A stretch of DNA of 64,000 bases, taken from Halorarum halobium (GTDB lineage: Archaea; Halobacteriota; Halobacteria; Halobacteriales; Haloferacaceae). Every line of letters begins with the position of its first letter. Within the stretch, counting starts at the first letter, position 1. The stretch spans positions 2,170,001-2,234,000 of the forward strand of contig NZ_CP134949.1 of the NCBI RefSeq assembly GCF_032116555.1. Reading direction: 5' to 3'. A model generated the notes under the pieces. It had not been told where the DNA came from. It ran no database searches and saw only the letters and a program-made list of their open reading frames with translations. Of this stretch, positions 1 to 9,690 are shown one piece after another. The translations under genes and the position numbers were made by a program.

Positions 1-312
1 GCGGACCCCGCATCGGTCGTCGGCCCGGGCGTGACGGTCGTCTCGTTCATCGCGGGCGGCGTCGTCGGGCTGTTGACGGTCGCCCACCTGGTCCGGCGCG
101 CGCTGACCAGGGACCGCGAGACGACGATGACGTTCCTCGTCGGGCTCATCGTCGGGGCGCTGCGCGCGCCGGTCGTGAGCACCGGGCAGCGGCTCGCGGA
201 ACTCGGACGCGGCTGGACGCCGGAGGCGCTCGCGCTGTTCGGCGTGGCGGCGCTGGTCGGCGGGTTCGCCGTGCTTGCGCTCGACCGCGCTGCCGGCGGC
301 ATCGAGCTGTAA
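1..312 (+). CDS. DUF368-like membrane protein, C-terminal part (5' truncated by window)
   Basis: Frame open from base 1; hydrophobic segments and 'TMTFLVGLIVGALRAP' resemble the DUF368 C-terminus. Confidence 0.65.
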   Translation, partial: ADPASVVGPGVTVVSFIAGGVVGLLTVAHLVRRALTRDRETTMTFLVGLIVGALRAPVVSTGQRLAELGRGWTPEALALFGVAALVGGFAVLALDRAAGGIEL

Positions 313-416
313 GACCCGAGATGGCACCGTTCACCATCGAGGTGTGAGACCCGAGACGCCGCGATGGGCAGGCGGCGATCGGCGGGGCTTTCCCGGCCAC
401 CGCCGTTGGTCAGGTC

Positions 417-836
417 GTGACGCTGGAAGAGGTCGTCCGGGCGCGGGGTCACGAGCACGTGCGCGCCGAGCACGCGAGCACGTTCGAACTGACGACCGAC
501 GGCTGGCTCACGCCGGCTGGCGACTGCATCCTCGCGGTCGAGGCCGATAGCACGCCGGCGGAGTTCGACGACGAGTTCGTGGCCGCCTGCCGCGACGCGG
601 AGGCGACGATCACGGCGACGTTCGAGGCGGCAGGCGTCGAGGACGTGGTGACCGGGCGCGGCCACCCTGAGCTGACGTTCACGGGCGACCGGAGCCTGGT
701 CGGCCGGACGAGCGAGTACGTCGACGGGCGGACCGTGATGGTCGATGCGGACGGGGCGGCCGCGGACCTCGACCGGAAGCTGGTGACCGCGCTCTCGCGG
801 GGCGCGCCGCTGACGGCCACGTTCCGGGTGGAGTGA
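417..836 (+). CDS. DUF371 domain protein
   Basis: 'ARGHEHVRAEHASTFELTTD..LTPAGDCI' motif; GTG start. Confidence 0.8.
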   Translation: MTLEEVVRARGHEHVRAEHASTFELTTDGWLTPAGDCILAVEADSTPAEFDDEFVAACRDAEATITATFEAAGVEDVVTGRGHPELTFTGDRSLVGRTSEYVDGRTVMVDADGAAADLDRKLVTALSRGAPLTATFRVE

Positions 837-869
837 ACCGCCACGACGCTTGACGACCCAATCGTGGTG

Positions 870-990
870 CGGTGGCGGCGTGACGCGAGCCCCCTCGTGG
901 GGCTCGCTCTCGCGCGCGAGGGATGAGCACCGGAGCGAGCCTGCGAGCGAGGAGCGCAATCGGTTGGGGAGGCTCGTGGGCTATACTCAC
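870..990 (+). repeat. Intergenic hairpin repeat, partial copy (module 1)
   Basis: Shares 'cgcgcgagggatg...aatcgg(t/c)tggggagg' with copies at ~10805 and ~45188; hairpin gcgagcccc/ggggctcgc. Confidence 0.7.
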
Positions 991-1145
991 CGCCAGCAGC
1001 AGCGGATACGTCCTATTCGGCCAGTCGGCCGAAGCATCGTGGTCAGTCATTCGTGACATCCGAATCGGTCGTCCGTACAGCGACGCGATCGACAGACACC
1101 CCCCGACCCCGACGGTTCTTGTAGCAAGCCGACCGAAGCGAACCC

Positions 1146-1973
1146 ATGAGCGACGACGAGCCGGACGTGAACATCAGCGGCGGCGCGGACGGCGGCGGCT
1201 CGGTCGCCGAGTTCGCGACCGACGAGGCCGACACACGCGCGGAGGCGGTCGTCGACGAGCTCGGCGAGCTGTACTGGCGGAAGGCGTACGGCGGCCAGGA
1301 CGCGTTCGAGTGTCTCGTCCGGACGATCCTCTCACAGAACACGAGCGACGTCGCCAGCCAGCCCGCACACGACGAGCTGATGGCGCGGTTCGGGCCGGGC
1401 GGCACCGCACCGGACGCCGGACCGGACCTGGCCGCGACGCTCGCGGACGCCGCGCAGGACGAGGTGGCCGAGACCATCTCGTCGGCGGGACTGTACAACC
1501 GGAAGTCCGAGACGATCGTCCGCCTCGCCGGGCGAGTCCGCGAGGAGTACGGCGGCGCGGCCGGGTTCGACGAGTTCGTCACACGGAAGGAGCCGGCGGC
1601 CGTCCGGGACGCGCTGCTCGAGATGAACGGCGTCGGGCCGAAGACCGCCGACTGCGTGCTGCTGTTCGCCGGCGGCCGCAGCGGGGTGTTCCCCGTCGAT
1701 ACGCACGTCCACCGGATCGCGCGCCGGCTGGGAATCGCACCCCCGGACGCCGATCACGAGACGGTGCGCGAGTGGATCGAGGCAGCCGTCCCCCCGGAAA
1801 AGTGCGGCTTCGGTCACACCGCGATGATCCAGTTCGGACGGGAGTACTGCACCGCTCGCGAGCCGAAGTGTCTCGACGGTCCGGAGGCCTGCCCGCTGTA
1901 CGACCTGTGTGACCGCGTCGGCGTCGACGAACTCGCCGGGGAGTTCGTGGACCCCGCCGAAACCGTCGAGTGA
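1146..1973 (+). CDS. nth: Endonuclease III family (HhH-GPD) DNA glycosylase
   Basis: ILSQNTSD, HhH 'MNGVGPKTADCV', 'PVDTHVHRI', C-terminal CxxxxxxC...CPLxxxC Fe-S motif. Confidence 0.9.
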   Translation: MSDDEPDVNISGGADGGGSVAEFATDEADTRAEAVVDELGELYWRKAYGGQDAFECLVRTILSQNTSDVASQPAHDELMARFGPGGTAPDAGPDLAATLADAAQDEVAETISSAGLYNRKSETIVRLAGRVREEYGGAAGFDEFVTRKEPAAVRDALLEMNGVGPKTADCVLLFAGGRSGVFPVDTHVHRIARRLGIAPPDADHETVREWIEAAVPPEKCGFGHTAMIQFGREYCTAREPKCLDGPEACPLYDLCDRVGVDELAGEFVDPAETVE

Positions 1974-1976
1974 GGG

Positions 1977-2420
1977 TCAGTCGACCGAACAGTTCGCCTC
2001 GGGGACGCCATCGACCGGCGGATCGGACTGCTCGTAGGTGACGTCCTCGCCCAGCGCCGCGCTCACCATCGGCAGCGTGAACCGGTAGTCGAACGCGAGG
2101 CCGAAGCGCGAGAACGGATCCGCGAGGAACTCGCTCGCGTCGCCGACGCCGGCGAAGACGACCCCGGTCCGGAGCGTGATGATCCGGTGTTCACCCGTCG
2201 AGCCGACGAGCGAGACGCCGAACGTCCCCTCGCCGGGGATGTTCGTGAACAGCGACGTGTACAGCGTCACGTCGATGGTGGGCCCCTCGCTGCCGATGTC
2301 GAGCTCCTCGCCCGAACCGAAGCAGTCGGCCGGATCCGCGGCGGCGGGCGCGACCGGGACGGTGATCGTGGCGACGAGGAGGAGGGACGCGAGTGCGAGC
2401 GACCGGGCGGGACCGAGCAT
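1977..2420 (-). CDS. Hypothetical secreted protein
   Basis: Signal peptide ending AAA-DP; acidic body; two Cys. Confidence 0.7.
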   Translation of the reverse strand: MLGPARSLALASLLLVATITVPVAPAAADPADCFGSGEELDIGSEGPTIDVTLYTSLFTNIPGEGTFGVSLVGSTGEHRIITLRTGVVFAGVGDASEFLADPFSRFGLAFDYRFTLPMVSAALGEDVTYEQSDPPVDGVPEANCSVD

Positions 2421-2557
2421 CGTACCGAGAGGTCGCGCGGCCTCGTATAGTTCTGCTGGCTCCGGTTATCGCGTCTGAGTTTCGAACGGATCGTCGCTCG
2501 CAGGGTCGGCCGTGATCGGCGGAAAACCAGTCTCGCTCGTGTGCCCCCTCCGCCCGA

Positions 2558-4483
2558 CTACTTGAACCGGAACGTCTCGAGGTTCTTGGGCGCGAACGTC
2601 CGCATGTTGTAGTCGTGGTACAGCGCCGAGGAGAGGTCCTGCACGGAGCGCTCGTCGCCGTGGACACACAGCACCTTCTCCGGACGGGGGTTCATCGTCT
2701 TCACGAAGTTCTCGAGGCCCTGACGGTCCGCGTGCCCGGAGAAGCCGTCGACCGTTTCGACGTTCATCTTCAGGGTGAGCGTGTTCGTCCGACCCGAGCC
2801 GTTGCGGTCCTGGACGGGGATCTCCTCCCAGCCGTTCTGGATGCGGCGGCCGAGCGTCCCCTGGGCCTGGTAGCCGACGAAGGTGAGCGTCGACTCCTCC
2901 TCGCCGCCGAGGTGGCGCAGCCAGGACATGATCGGACCGCCCGTGACCATCCCCGACGTCGAGAGGATGATGCAGGGGCCGCCGTCGGCGACCTCCTGGC
3001 GCTCCTCCTCGCCGCCGTCGATGTGGTTAAACTGGTCGGCGAGGAACGGGTTCTCGTCCTCGTGGAAGATGCGGTCCCTGAGGTCGTCGCGCAGGTACTC
3101 GGGGTAGGTGGTGTGGATCGCCGTCGCCTCCCAGATCATCCCGTCGAGGTGGACCGGCATCTCCGGAATCTTGCCAGAGCGCATCGCCTCCTCGATGACG
3201 AGCATCATCTCCTGTGACCGGCCGACCGCGAACGCCGGGATGAGCACCTTCCCGTCCCGGTCGTGTGCCTCGTTGATGACCTCGATGAGCCGCTCCTCGG
3301 AGTCCTCCTGATCGGTCTGGTAGTCGTTTCGCCCGCCGTAGGTCGACTCCATGACGAGCGTCTCCACCCGCGGGAAGTCGTTGACCGCGCCGTTGAACAG
3401 GCGCGTGTCGTCGTAGTGGATGTCGCCCGAGAAGCAGACGTTGTAGAGGCCGTCGCCGATGTGGAAGTGCGAGACCGCCGAGCCCAGGATGTGGCCCGCG
3501 TTGTGAAACGTCAGCTTCACGTCCGGCGCGATGTCGGTGACGTCGCCGTACTCCAGCGGGATGGTGTGTTTGATCGCCTCGCGCACCTGCTCGGACTCGT
3601 AGGGCGGCGTGCGCCCCTCCTTGTTTGCCACGTCGAGGTAGTCGAGCGTCAGCAGGCCCATCAGGTCCCGCGTCGGCTCGGTGGTGTAGATCGGACCGTC
3701 GTAGCCGTACTTGAAGAGCAGCGGGAGCAGCGCCGAGTGGTCGAGGTGGGCGTGGGTGAGCACCACGGCGTCGAGGTTCTGTGCGCCCGCGCCGAGCGCC
3801 TCGGGGATCTGGAGGTACGGCACCTCCCCCTCCGCGCCGGGCTTGTCGCCGCAGTCGACGAGGATCCGCGTCTCGGCGGTGTTGAGGATGAACGAGGCGC
3901 GCCCGACCTCGCGGCAGCAGCCGAGGGTCGTGATGCGCACCCACTGGTCGTCGGCCATCTCCTCGCGGTGGATCTGGCGGCCGACGCGTTCGAGGATGTC
4001 GCGGCGCTCGTCGCGCTCCTGTTTCAGGAAGTTCCGGACGTTCGAGACCGTGGAGGACTCGATCGGCGGCGTCCGGACGACCTCGGGCGTCCAGCCGACC
4101 TCCTGGGTGATCTCCCGCAGCGTCGAGCCGTGCCGGCCGATGACCATGCCCGGCTTCTCGGCTTCGATGACGACCTCGCCGGTGTCCTGGTGGAAGTCCA
4201 GGTCCTCGACGCCCGCCTCGTCGGGGATGACGTTGAGGATGCGCCCTTCCGCCTCGGTCGGGTCCGAGAGCACGTCGGGATGCGGGCGGATGGTGATGCG
4301 CTTTCGCAGCGTCGACGCCAGCCGCCGGACGAGGTCGCCGTTCTGGGCGAACTCCTTCGGGTGGCGGGTGTAGACGACGAGCTCCGGCCCCTCGTACTTC
4401 ACGTCGGTGACGGAGATGTCGTCGGGGATCTCTGATTCGATCTGTGCCTTCGTCTCTTCGAGTTGCGTGTCGACTTGACTCAT
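2558..4483 (-). CDS. fttA: beta-CASP ribonuclease aCPSF1 / transcription termination factor FttA
   Basis: Start MSQVDTQ at 4483; N-terminal KH domains (PGMVIGRHG), MBL 'THAHLDH', 'AGHILGS', 'FSGHAD'. Confidence 0.95.
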   Translation of the reverse strand: MSQVDTQLEETKAQIESEIPDDISVTDVKYEGPELVVYTRHPKEFAQNGDLVRRLASTLRKRITIRPHPDVLSDPTEAEGRILNVIPDEAGVEDLDFHQDTGEVVIEAEKPGMVIGRHGSTLREITQEVGWTPEVVRTPPIESSTVSNVRNFLKQERDERRDILERVGRQIHREEMADDQWVRITTLGCCREVGRASFILNTAETRILVDCGDKPGAEGEVPYLQIPEALGAGAQNLDAVVLTHAHLDHSALLPLLFKYGYDGPIYTTEPTRDLMGLLTLDYLDVANKEGRTPPYESEQVREAIKHTIPLEYGDVTDIAPDVKLTFHNAGHILGSAVSHFHIGDGLYNVCFSGDIHYDDTRLFNGAVNDFPRVETLVMESTYGGRNDYQTDQEDSEERLIEVINEAHDRDGKVLIPAFAVGRSQEMMLVIEEAMRSGKIPEMPVHLDGMIWEATAIHTTYPEYLRDDLRDRIFHEDENPFLADQFNHIDGGEEERQEVADGGPCIILSTSGMVTGGPIMSWLRHLGGEEESTLTFVGYQAQGTLGRRIQNGWEEIPVQDRNGSGRTNTLTLKMNVETVDGFSGHADRQGLENFVKTMNPRPEKVLCVHGDERSVQDLSSALYHDYNMRTFAPKNLETFRFK

Positions 4484-4640
4484 AGCTGCAGGGAGGTTGT
4501 GCGGGGTGCACCGCTCCGAACCCGGGCGGTGCCGTCGGTCCGACTGAACGTGAAAGATCGCATGATACGGGACTCTCGGGTCGATGTTCGGCCCCTCGTG
4601 GGGTAACGAAAACCCGCTTGGTTCGTCGTATCGGTTCGGG

Positions 4641-4656
4641 TTATAAAAGCCTTCGC
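4641..4656 (-). promoter_or_regulatory. Putative BRE/TATA for aCPSF1
   Basis: Minus strand reads cgaaggcttttataa, ~160 nt upstream of the ATG, in the divergent intergenic region. Confidence 0.5.
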
Positions 4657-4690
4657 AAAGTGGAAGGACCGCGCGTCCGACGGCTTCACC

Positions 4691-5188
4691 ATGCATTTCG
4701 GCCCCGAGGAGGTCCACGGAGAACGCGATCGCGTCCGCGGGCGCGCCGGAGAGATCGTCCCCATCATCAACGACACCCGGGACGCGCTCGGCGAACTGTT
4801 CGGAACCGAGGTTGGGTCGGTGTCGCCGGAGCGGTACCGGGCCGAGGTGGATACCGTCTTCGCGGACGGCGACCGCGCGGTCAACGTCGCCGCGCTGGCC
4901 GGGCTGCTCCGCGAACTGGACGTCGAGGGCGACTACCCGGGGTTCGTCGTCGACGAACTGCTCGGCCGGCAACTCGCGGCGACCATCGCGGGCGAGCAGC
5001 CGCTCGCGCTGCTCGCGGAGGCGACGTTCCACTTCGCGGACGTCCACACCCACGGTGATGAGCGAGTCGACGCCGCGGGTCGGGACGACCTCGACGCCGC
5101 GCTCGCCGCGGGGTTCCAGACGAGGCTGCCGGGGTGGACCTGGCGGGACGGGGAGAGCCCGTTCGCGGTGGAGCCGACGCGCGAATGA
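4691..5188 (+). CDS. Conserved haloarchaeal hypothetical protein
   Basis: Acidic 165-aa ORF with host-like codon usage. Confidence 0.75.
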   Translation: MHFGPEEVHGERDRVRGRAGEIVPIINDTRDALGELFGTEVGSVSPERYRAEVDTVFADGDRAVNVAALAGLLRELDVEGDYPGFVVDELLGRQLAATIAGEQPLALLAEATFHFADVHTHGDERVDAAGRDDLDAALAAGFQTRLPGWTWRDGESPFAVEPTRE

Positions 5189-5423
5189 GTGACCGACGGC
5201 GTCCCGAAACGGAACTAAGCCGGGCGTGTGCGGCCGCGGTCCGGTTTCCGACCCGGAGTCCGAGCGAACACTCGCGTGTGACCCGGCGAAAGGACGTTCC
5301 CATCCCACCCGACGAATGGACGCCACCACCCGACGCGGCGGAGGAACGCGCCCGTCGGAACCGACGAGCGCCCGCGACGCCGAGCCGACGACCCTTTATG
5401 AAGGCCAACCCAGTGTCACGACC

Positions 5424-6185
5424 ATGGACCAGGTCGACATCGAGGTCGTCGCGGACCCCGAGCTCTCGGATCCCACCTTCATCGAGGGGCTGCCGGGCGT
5501 CGGGCACGTCGGCAAACTCGTCGCCGAGCACCTCGTCGAGGAGTTCGACGGGACGCTCATCCGGCGAGCCTACACCACCGAGTTCCCGCCGCAGGTAACC
5601 GTCGACGACGAGGGCGTCACCGAGCTCACACACGCCGAGTTCCACCACGTGGACGCCGACGGCGTCGACATCATCACGCTCACGGGCGACCACCAGGCCG
5701 CGAGCAACGAGGGCCACTACACGCTCACCGACGCGTTCCTCGACGTCGCCGAGGAATTCGGCTGCGAGCGCGCGTACGCGCTCGGGGGCGTCCCCACCGG
5801 CGAACTCATCGAGGACGACGAGTACGGCGTCCTCGGCGCGGTGAACGACGCGGACGCGAAGGACGAACTGGCGGCGGCCGGCGTGGAGTTCCGGGCGGAC
5901 GAACCGGCCGGCGGCATCGTCGGCGTCTCCGGACTCGTCCTCGGGCTGGGGAAACGACGCGGCCTCGAGGCGGCCTGCCTGATGGGCGAGACGTCCGGCT
6001 ACCTCGTCGATCCCAAGAGCGCGCAGGCGGTCCTCGAGGTGCTCCAGGAGACGCTCGGCTTCGAGGTCGACTTCGCCGATCTGGAGGAGCGCGCCGACGA
6101 GATGGAGGAGGTCGTGGGCAAGATCCAGGAAATGCAGGGCGGCGGCGGGATGCCCAGCGACGACGAGCTCCGGTACATCGGCTAG
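5424..6185 (+). CDS. Proteasome assembly chaperone (PAC2) family protein
   Basis: 'EGLPGVGHVGKL', 'CLMGETSGYLVDPKSA', C-terminal YIG; ATG at 5424 after a ctttatg box. Confidence 0.9.
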   Translation: MDQVDIEVVADPELSDPTFIEGLPGVGHVGKLVAEHLVEEFDGTLIRRAYTTEFPPQVTVDDEGVTELTHAEFHHVDADGVDIITLTGDHQAASNEGHYTLTDAFLDVAEEFGCERAYALGGVPTGELIEDDEYGVLGAVNDADAKDELAAAGVEFRADEPAGGIVGVSGLVLGLGKRRGLEAACLMGETSGYLVDPKSAQAVLEVLQETLGFEVDFADLEERADEMEEVVGKIQEMQGGGGMPSDDELRYIG

Positions 6186-6344
6186 GCCGACCACGGAGGT
6201 CGGAAATCGAGGAGACTATCGGTGACTGGTCGCGGACGGTCCACCGGAAGCCACCGGCCCGGACGCGAACCGCTACCAACCCCCAAACCGGCAGTTCGGC
6301 CGCCTGTAACAACCTATTTCCCCGTCAGGGCCGTCCGTCCGACG

Positions 6345-7184
6345 ATGACAGGCCAGCAGCCGCGTTCCCACGAGGACACGCCACACGCCGACGAGATGCC
6401 GATGCTCGGACTCGGCACGTGGCAGAACGACGACCCCGAGGAGTGCCGGACGGCCGTCGAGACGGCGCTGAACGCGGGCTATCGGCACGTCGACACCGCG
6501 CAGGTGTACGGCAACGAGGCCGAGGTCGGTGAGGGAATCGAGCGCGCGAACGTCGACCGCGAGGACGTGTTCCTGGCGACGAAAGTCTGGATCGAGAACC
6601 TCGCGCCCGAGGACGTCCACGAGACGGCCCGCGCCAGCCTCGACCGGCTCGGCGTCGACTCGGTCGACCTCCTGTACGTCCACTGGCCGGCCCACGAGTA
6701 CGAGCCGGAGCCGACGCTCGACGCGTTCAACGAGCTGTACGACGACGGGCTCGTCGACCGAATCGGCGTCTCGAACTTCCAGCCCGACCAGCTCGCCGAG
6801 GCCGTCGACGTCTCCGCGGCCCCGGTCTTCGCGAACCAGTTCGAGTGCCACCCGCTGCTCCAGCAGCGGGACCTCCGCGACGCGTGTGCCGAACACGACG
6901 TCGAGGTGGTGGCCTACTCGCCGCTCGCCCGCGGCGAGGTGTTCCGGATCGAGGAGCTGACCGACATCGCCGACAAACACGACGCGAGCGCGGCGCAGGT
7001 GAGCCTCGCGTGGCTGCGCGAGAAGGGCGTCACGACCATCCCGAAGGCGACGAGTGAGGCGCACGTCCTGGACAACCTGAAGTCGCTCGCGCTCGATCTC
7101 GACGACGAGGACGTCGCCGCCATCGACGCCATCGACAGGGCCAACCGCCGGGTCGACCCCGACTTCGGGCCCTGGAACAGGTGA
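6345..7184 (+). CDS. Aldo/keto reductase
   Basis: 'LGLGTW', 'GYRHVDTAQVYGNE', 'DLLYVHWP', 'IGVSNF', 'IPKA'. Confidence 0.93.
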   Translation: MTGQQPRSHEDTPHADEMPMLGLGTWQNDDPEECRTAVETALNAGYRHVDTAQVYGNEAEVGEGIERANVDREDVFLATKVWIENLAPEDVHETARASLDRLGVDSVDLLYVHWPAHEYEPEPTLDAFNELYDDGLVDRIGVSNFQPDQLAEAVDVSAAPVFANQFECHPLLQQRDLRDACAEHDVEVVAYSPLARGEVFRIEELTDIADKHDASAAQVSLAWLREKGVTTIPKATSEAHVLDNLKSLALDLDDEDVAAIDAIDRANRRVDPDFGPWNR

Positions 7185-7265
7185 GGCCGACCGACCGGTG
7201 AGAGCGCGGACGGCCGCTCCCCCGAGTCGTAACCTTCAATCGGGTCCCCTTGTTCTACATCGCCG

Positions 7266-8006
7266 ATGGAACGACGCGCTTCGCCGGGACTCCTTGGTGC
7301 CCTGCGCATCGACCTCGAGCGGCTGCACGCGACCTGGATGGAACTGGTGTTCCCGCGACAGCTCGACCCCGGTCGCGTCGTCGGGAAGTGGTCGCCCGAG
7401 ACCGACCTGCAGAAGGCTGCCTACTACCTCTGGACCGCGCTCGGCATCCCGCTCGTCGCGGTCGGCTACCCCCTGTTGCTCGTCGGCTTCGGCGCGCGCT
7501 TCTATGCGAGCCGGGTCAACACCGCGGTCGCCCGCGTCGGCATCCTCGGCGTCGTCGCCGTCTCGCTGCTCGTCTGGGGCTCGCTCACCGCGGCCGCGTG
7601 GGTGAGCCAGTTCTCGTTCCGCGGGTTCGTCGCGGTCGCCGTGGCGAGCCTCGTCGCCACCGTCTGTGCCGCGCTCGCCGTCATCTTCTCCCGCCTCGGC
7701 GGGCGGCTCACGAGCGTCGTGTTCGCCTACCCCGCGGGAATGACGGCCTTCTTTCTCCCGCCGGTCGTGGCGGCGCTCTACTCGCCCGCGCTCGCCGGCG
7801 TCGTGTTCTCGAACAGCCAGACGATCGCGATCTGGCTGCTCGAGAACGTCCTCACGGTCGGCGGCATCGACCAGTTCCTCCGCTCGCGGTTCCAGCTTCG
7901 GGGCGTGGCGTACGTGCTGATGTGGTTCGCCATCGCCGTCCCGCTGGGCTGGCTCCTCGGCGTCACCGTCGCGCTCGCGGACGTGATCCGGCCCACGTCC
8001 GAGTGA
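7266..8006 (+). CDS. Hypothetical multi-pass membrane protein
   Basis: Several hydrophobic helices. Confidence 0.75.
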   Translation: MERRASPGLLGALRIDLERLHATWMELVFPRQLDPGRVVGKWSPETDLQKAAYYLWTALGIPLVAVGYPLLLVGFGARFYASRVNTAVARVGILGVVAVSLLVWGSLTAAAWVSQFSFRGFVAVAVASLVATVCAALAVIFSRLGGRLTSVVFAYPAGMTAFFLPPVVAALYSPALAGVVFSNSQTIAIWLLENVLTVGGIDQFLRSRFQLRGVAYVLMWFAIAVPLGWLLGVTVALADVIRPTSE

Positions 8007-8040
8007 GTCCCGCCGACGGTCGACCGAACACCCTCGACGG

Positions 8041-9171
8041 TCACCGGTTCTCGCTGCCGCCGCCCACGCCGTCGTCGATGACCTCGTCGAGCGTCTCGTC
8101 CGACACGGTGGCGGCCACCCGGACGCCCACCAGCGCGAGCACGATGCTGCCGACGATGAACAGGGCCAGCCGCTCGGTCGGGGCGAGCGGGACGCCGAAC
8201 AGTTCCAGGGGCCCGCGGCCGGCCTCGCGTTCGAGGAACCAGCCGGCGAACCCACGGACGACGAGTCCGAGCGCGACGACGCCGAACGGGAGGTTCAGGT
8301 ACGGCGTCCGGACGCCCTCGTCGCGGAGGAGTTCGTCGAGCAGCCGCCCGAACGAGGCGGTGAGCGCGGCGAGCGCCAGCCACGGGACGGCGCTGTAGCT
8401 GAACTGCATGGCCGCGACGAACTCCCCGCCCGCGACGGGTGAGGCCGCCAGCACGCCGAGGAACGCACCGATCAGCGTCAGCCCGACGGCGACGACGTAG
8501 GTGACGACCGACACCTGACCGGAGTAGAGCGCCTCGCGTGCGCGCTCGGGGCTCCGTTCGACGAAGTCGTCGATGCCGAGCCCGTAGTACAGCAGCGTCG
8601 CGCCGAGCAGCGAGGCGAGGCCGGCGACGGCCACGGCCGTCGAGAACTGCACGAGCAGCACCGGGAGGATGAGGAGACCGACGCCGAGCGGGACGAGCAC
8701 CGTCTCGCGCAGTTCCTCGTCGGCCATGAACTGCTTGAGGAGGTAGTAGGTGGACTCGAGGTCGCGCGCCTGCCTGACGACGACCCTGTCGACCGAGTCG
8801 ACAGGGAGCCGCGACTCGACGATGGGGACCGCGCGTTCGTCGGCGGCGCTGTCGATGACAACGATCGCCGAGTCCACGTCGTGGTCGCCGAGCACCTCGT
8901 CGAGTTGCGCGGCCAGCGCGCGGTCGGCCCCGACCGCCGAGTCGCCGGCACCCGCAAGGACCGCGACGACGGCGTCCTCGCCGCCGTCCTGCAGGTCGCG
9001 GGCGACGCGGAGCGATTCGAGGATCGAGTTGACGCCCGCGTCCTCCGGGTCGGAGAGCCCGAGGTCGGTCACGAGCGACCGGACCGCCTCCCAGCCGACG
9101 ACCGGGGTCCTGACGCCCGCCTTCCGGCCGACGTCGTTCGAGCGGTCCACACAGAGGACCAGCGTCGTCAC
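8041..9171 (-). CDS. DUF373 family membrane protein
   Basis: 'LVLCVDR..DVGRK', 'DPEDA.VN', 'VVVRQARDLESTYY'. Confidence 0.85.
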   Translation of the reverse strand: MTTLVLCVDRSNDVGRKAGVRTPVVGWEAVRSLVTDLGLSDPEDAGVNSILESLRVARDLQDGGEDAVVAVLAGAGDSAVGADRALAAQLDEVLGDHDVDSAIVVIDSAADERAVPIVESRLPVDSVDRVVVRQARDLESTYYLLKQFMADEELRETVLVPLGVGLLILPVLLVQFSTAVAVAGLASLLGATLLYYGLGIDDFVERSPERAREALYSGQVSVVTYVVAVGLTLIGAFLGVLAASPVAGGEFVAAMQFSYSAVPWLALAALTASFGRLLDELLRDEGVRTPYLNLPFGVVALGLVVRGFAGWFLEREAGRGPLELFGVPLAPTERLALFIVGSIVLALVGVRVAATVSDETLDEVIDDGVGGGSENR

Positions 9172-9256
9172 GGTCGGTGGTGGGAACTGGGGGATGAAAA
9201 ACCCCGCACATGAGTCGACCGGTGGGGTTTACCCCGGCCGACGACGACGCGACCGC

Positions 9257-9646
9257 ATGGATCGAGAACGCGTCTCGACGGGGACCGAGTGGGAATCGAC
9301 GGTCGGCTACTCGCGGGCGGTACGGGTCGGCGACAGGATCGAGGTGGCCGGCACCACGGCGACCGACGAGTCCGGCGCGGTCGTCGCGCCCGGCGACGCG
9401 TTCGAACAGACGCGCGTCGCCATCGAGACCATCGAGTCGGCGCTGACCGAGGTCGACGGCGGCCTCGCGGACGTCGTCCGCACCCGGATGTTCGTCACGG
9501 ACGTCGACGACTGGCAGGACGTCGGGCGTGCCCACGGCGAGGCGTTCGGGGACGTTCGCCCGGCGACGACGCTGGTCGAGGTGTCGGGGCTCGTCGACCC
9601 GGAGATGCTCGTCGAAGTCGAGGCGGTCGCCGTGGTCGACGACTGA
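9257..9646 (+). CDS. RidA/YjgF family protein
   Basis: 'WESTVGYSRAVRVG', 'DVVRTRMFVTD', 'LVEVEAVA'. Confidence 0.9.
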   Translation: MDRERVSTGTEWESTVGYSRAVRVGDRIEVAGTTATDESGAVVAPGDAFEQTRVAIETIESALTEVDGGLADVVRTRMFVTDVDDWQDVGRAHGEAFGDVRPATTLVEVSGLVDPEMLVEVEAVAVVDD

Positions 9647-9690
9647 CGGGGTGAGGGGGAGTCAGTGGCGCCGTCGCGACCGGTCCGAAC

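Noticed and set aside
4484..5329. N-terminal extension making aCPSF1 923 aa
   Set aside because: Antisense to the 4691-5188 gene; family similarity begins at MSQVDTQ (4483)
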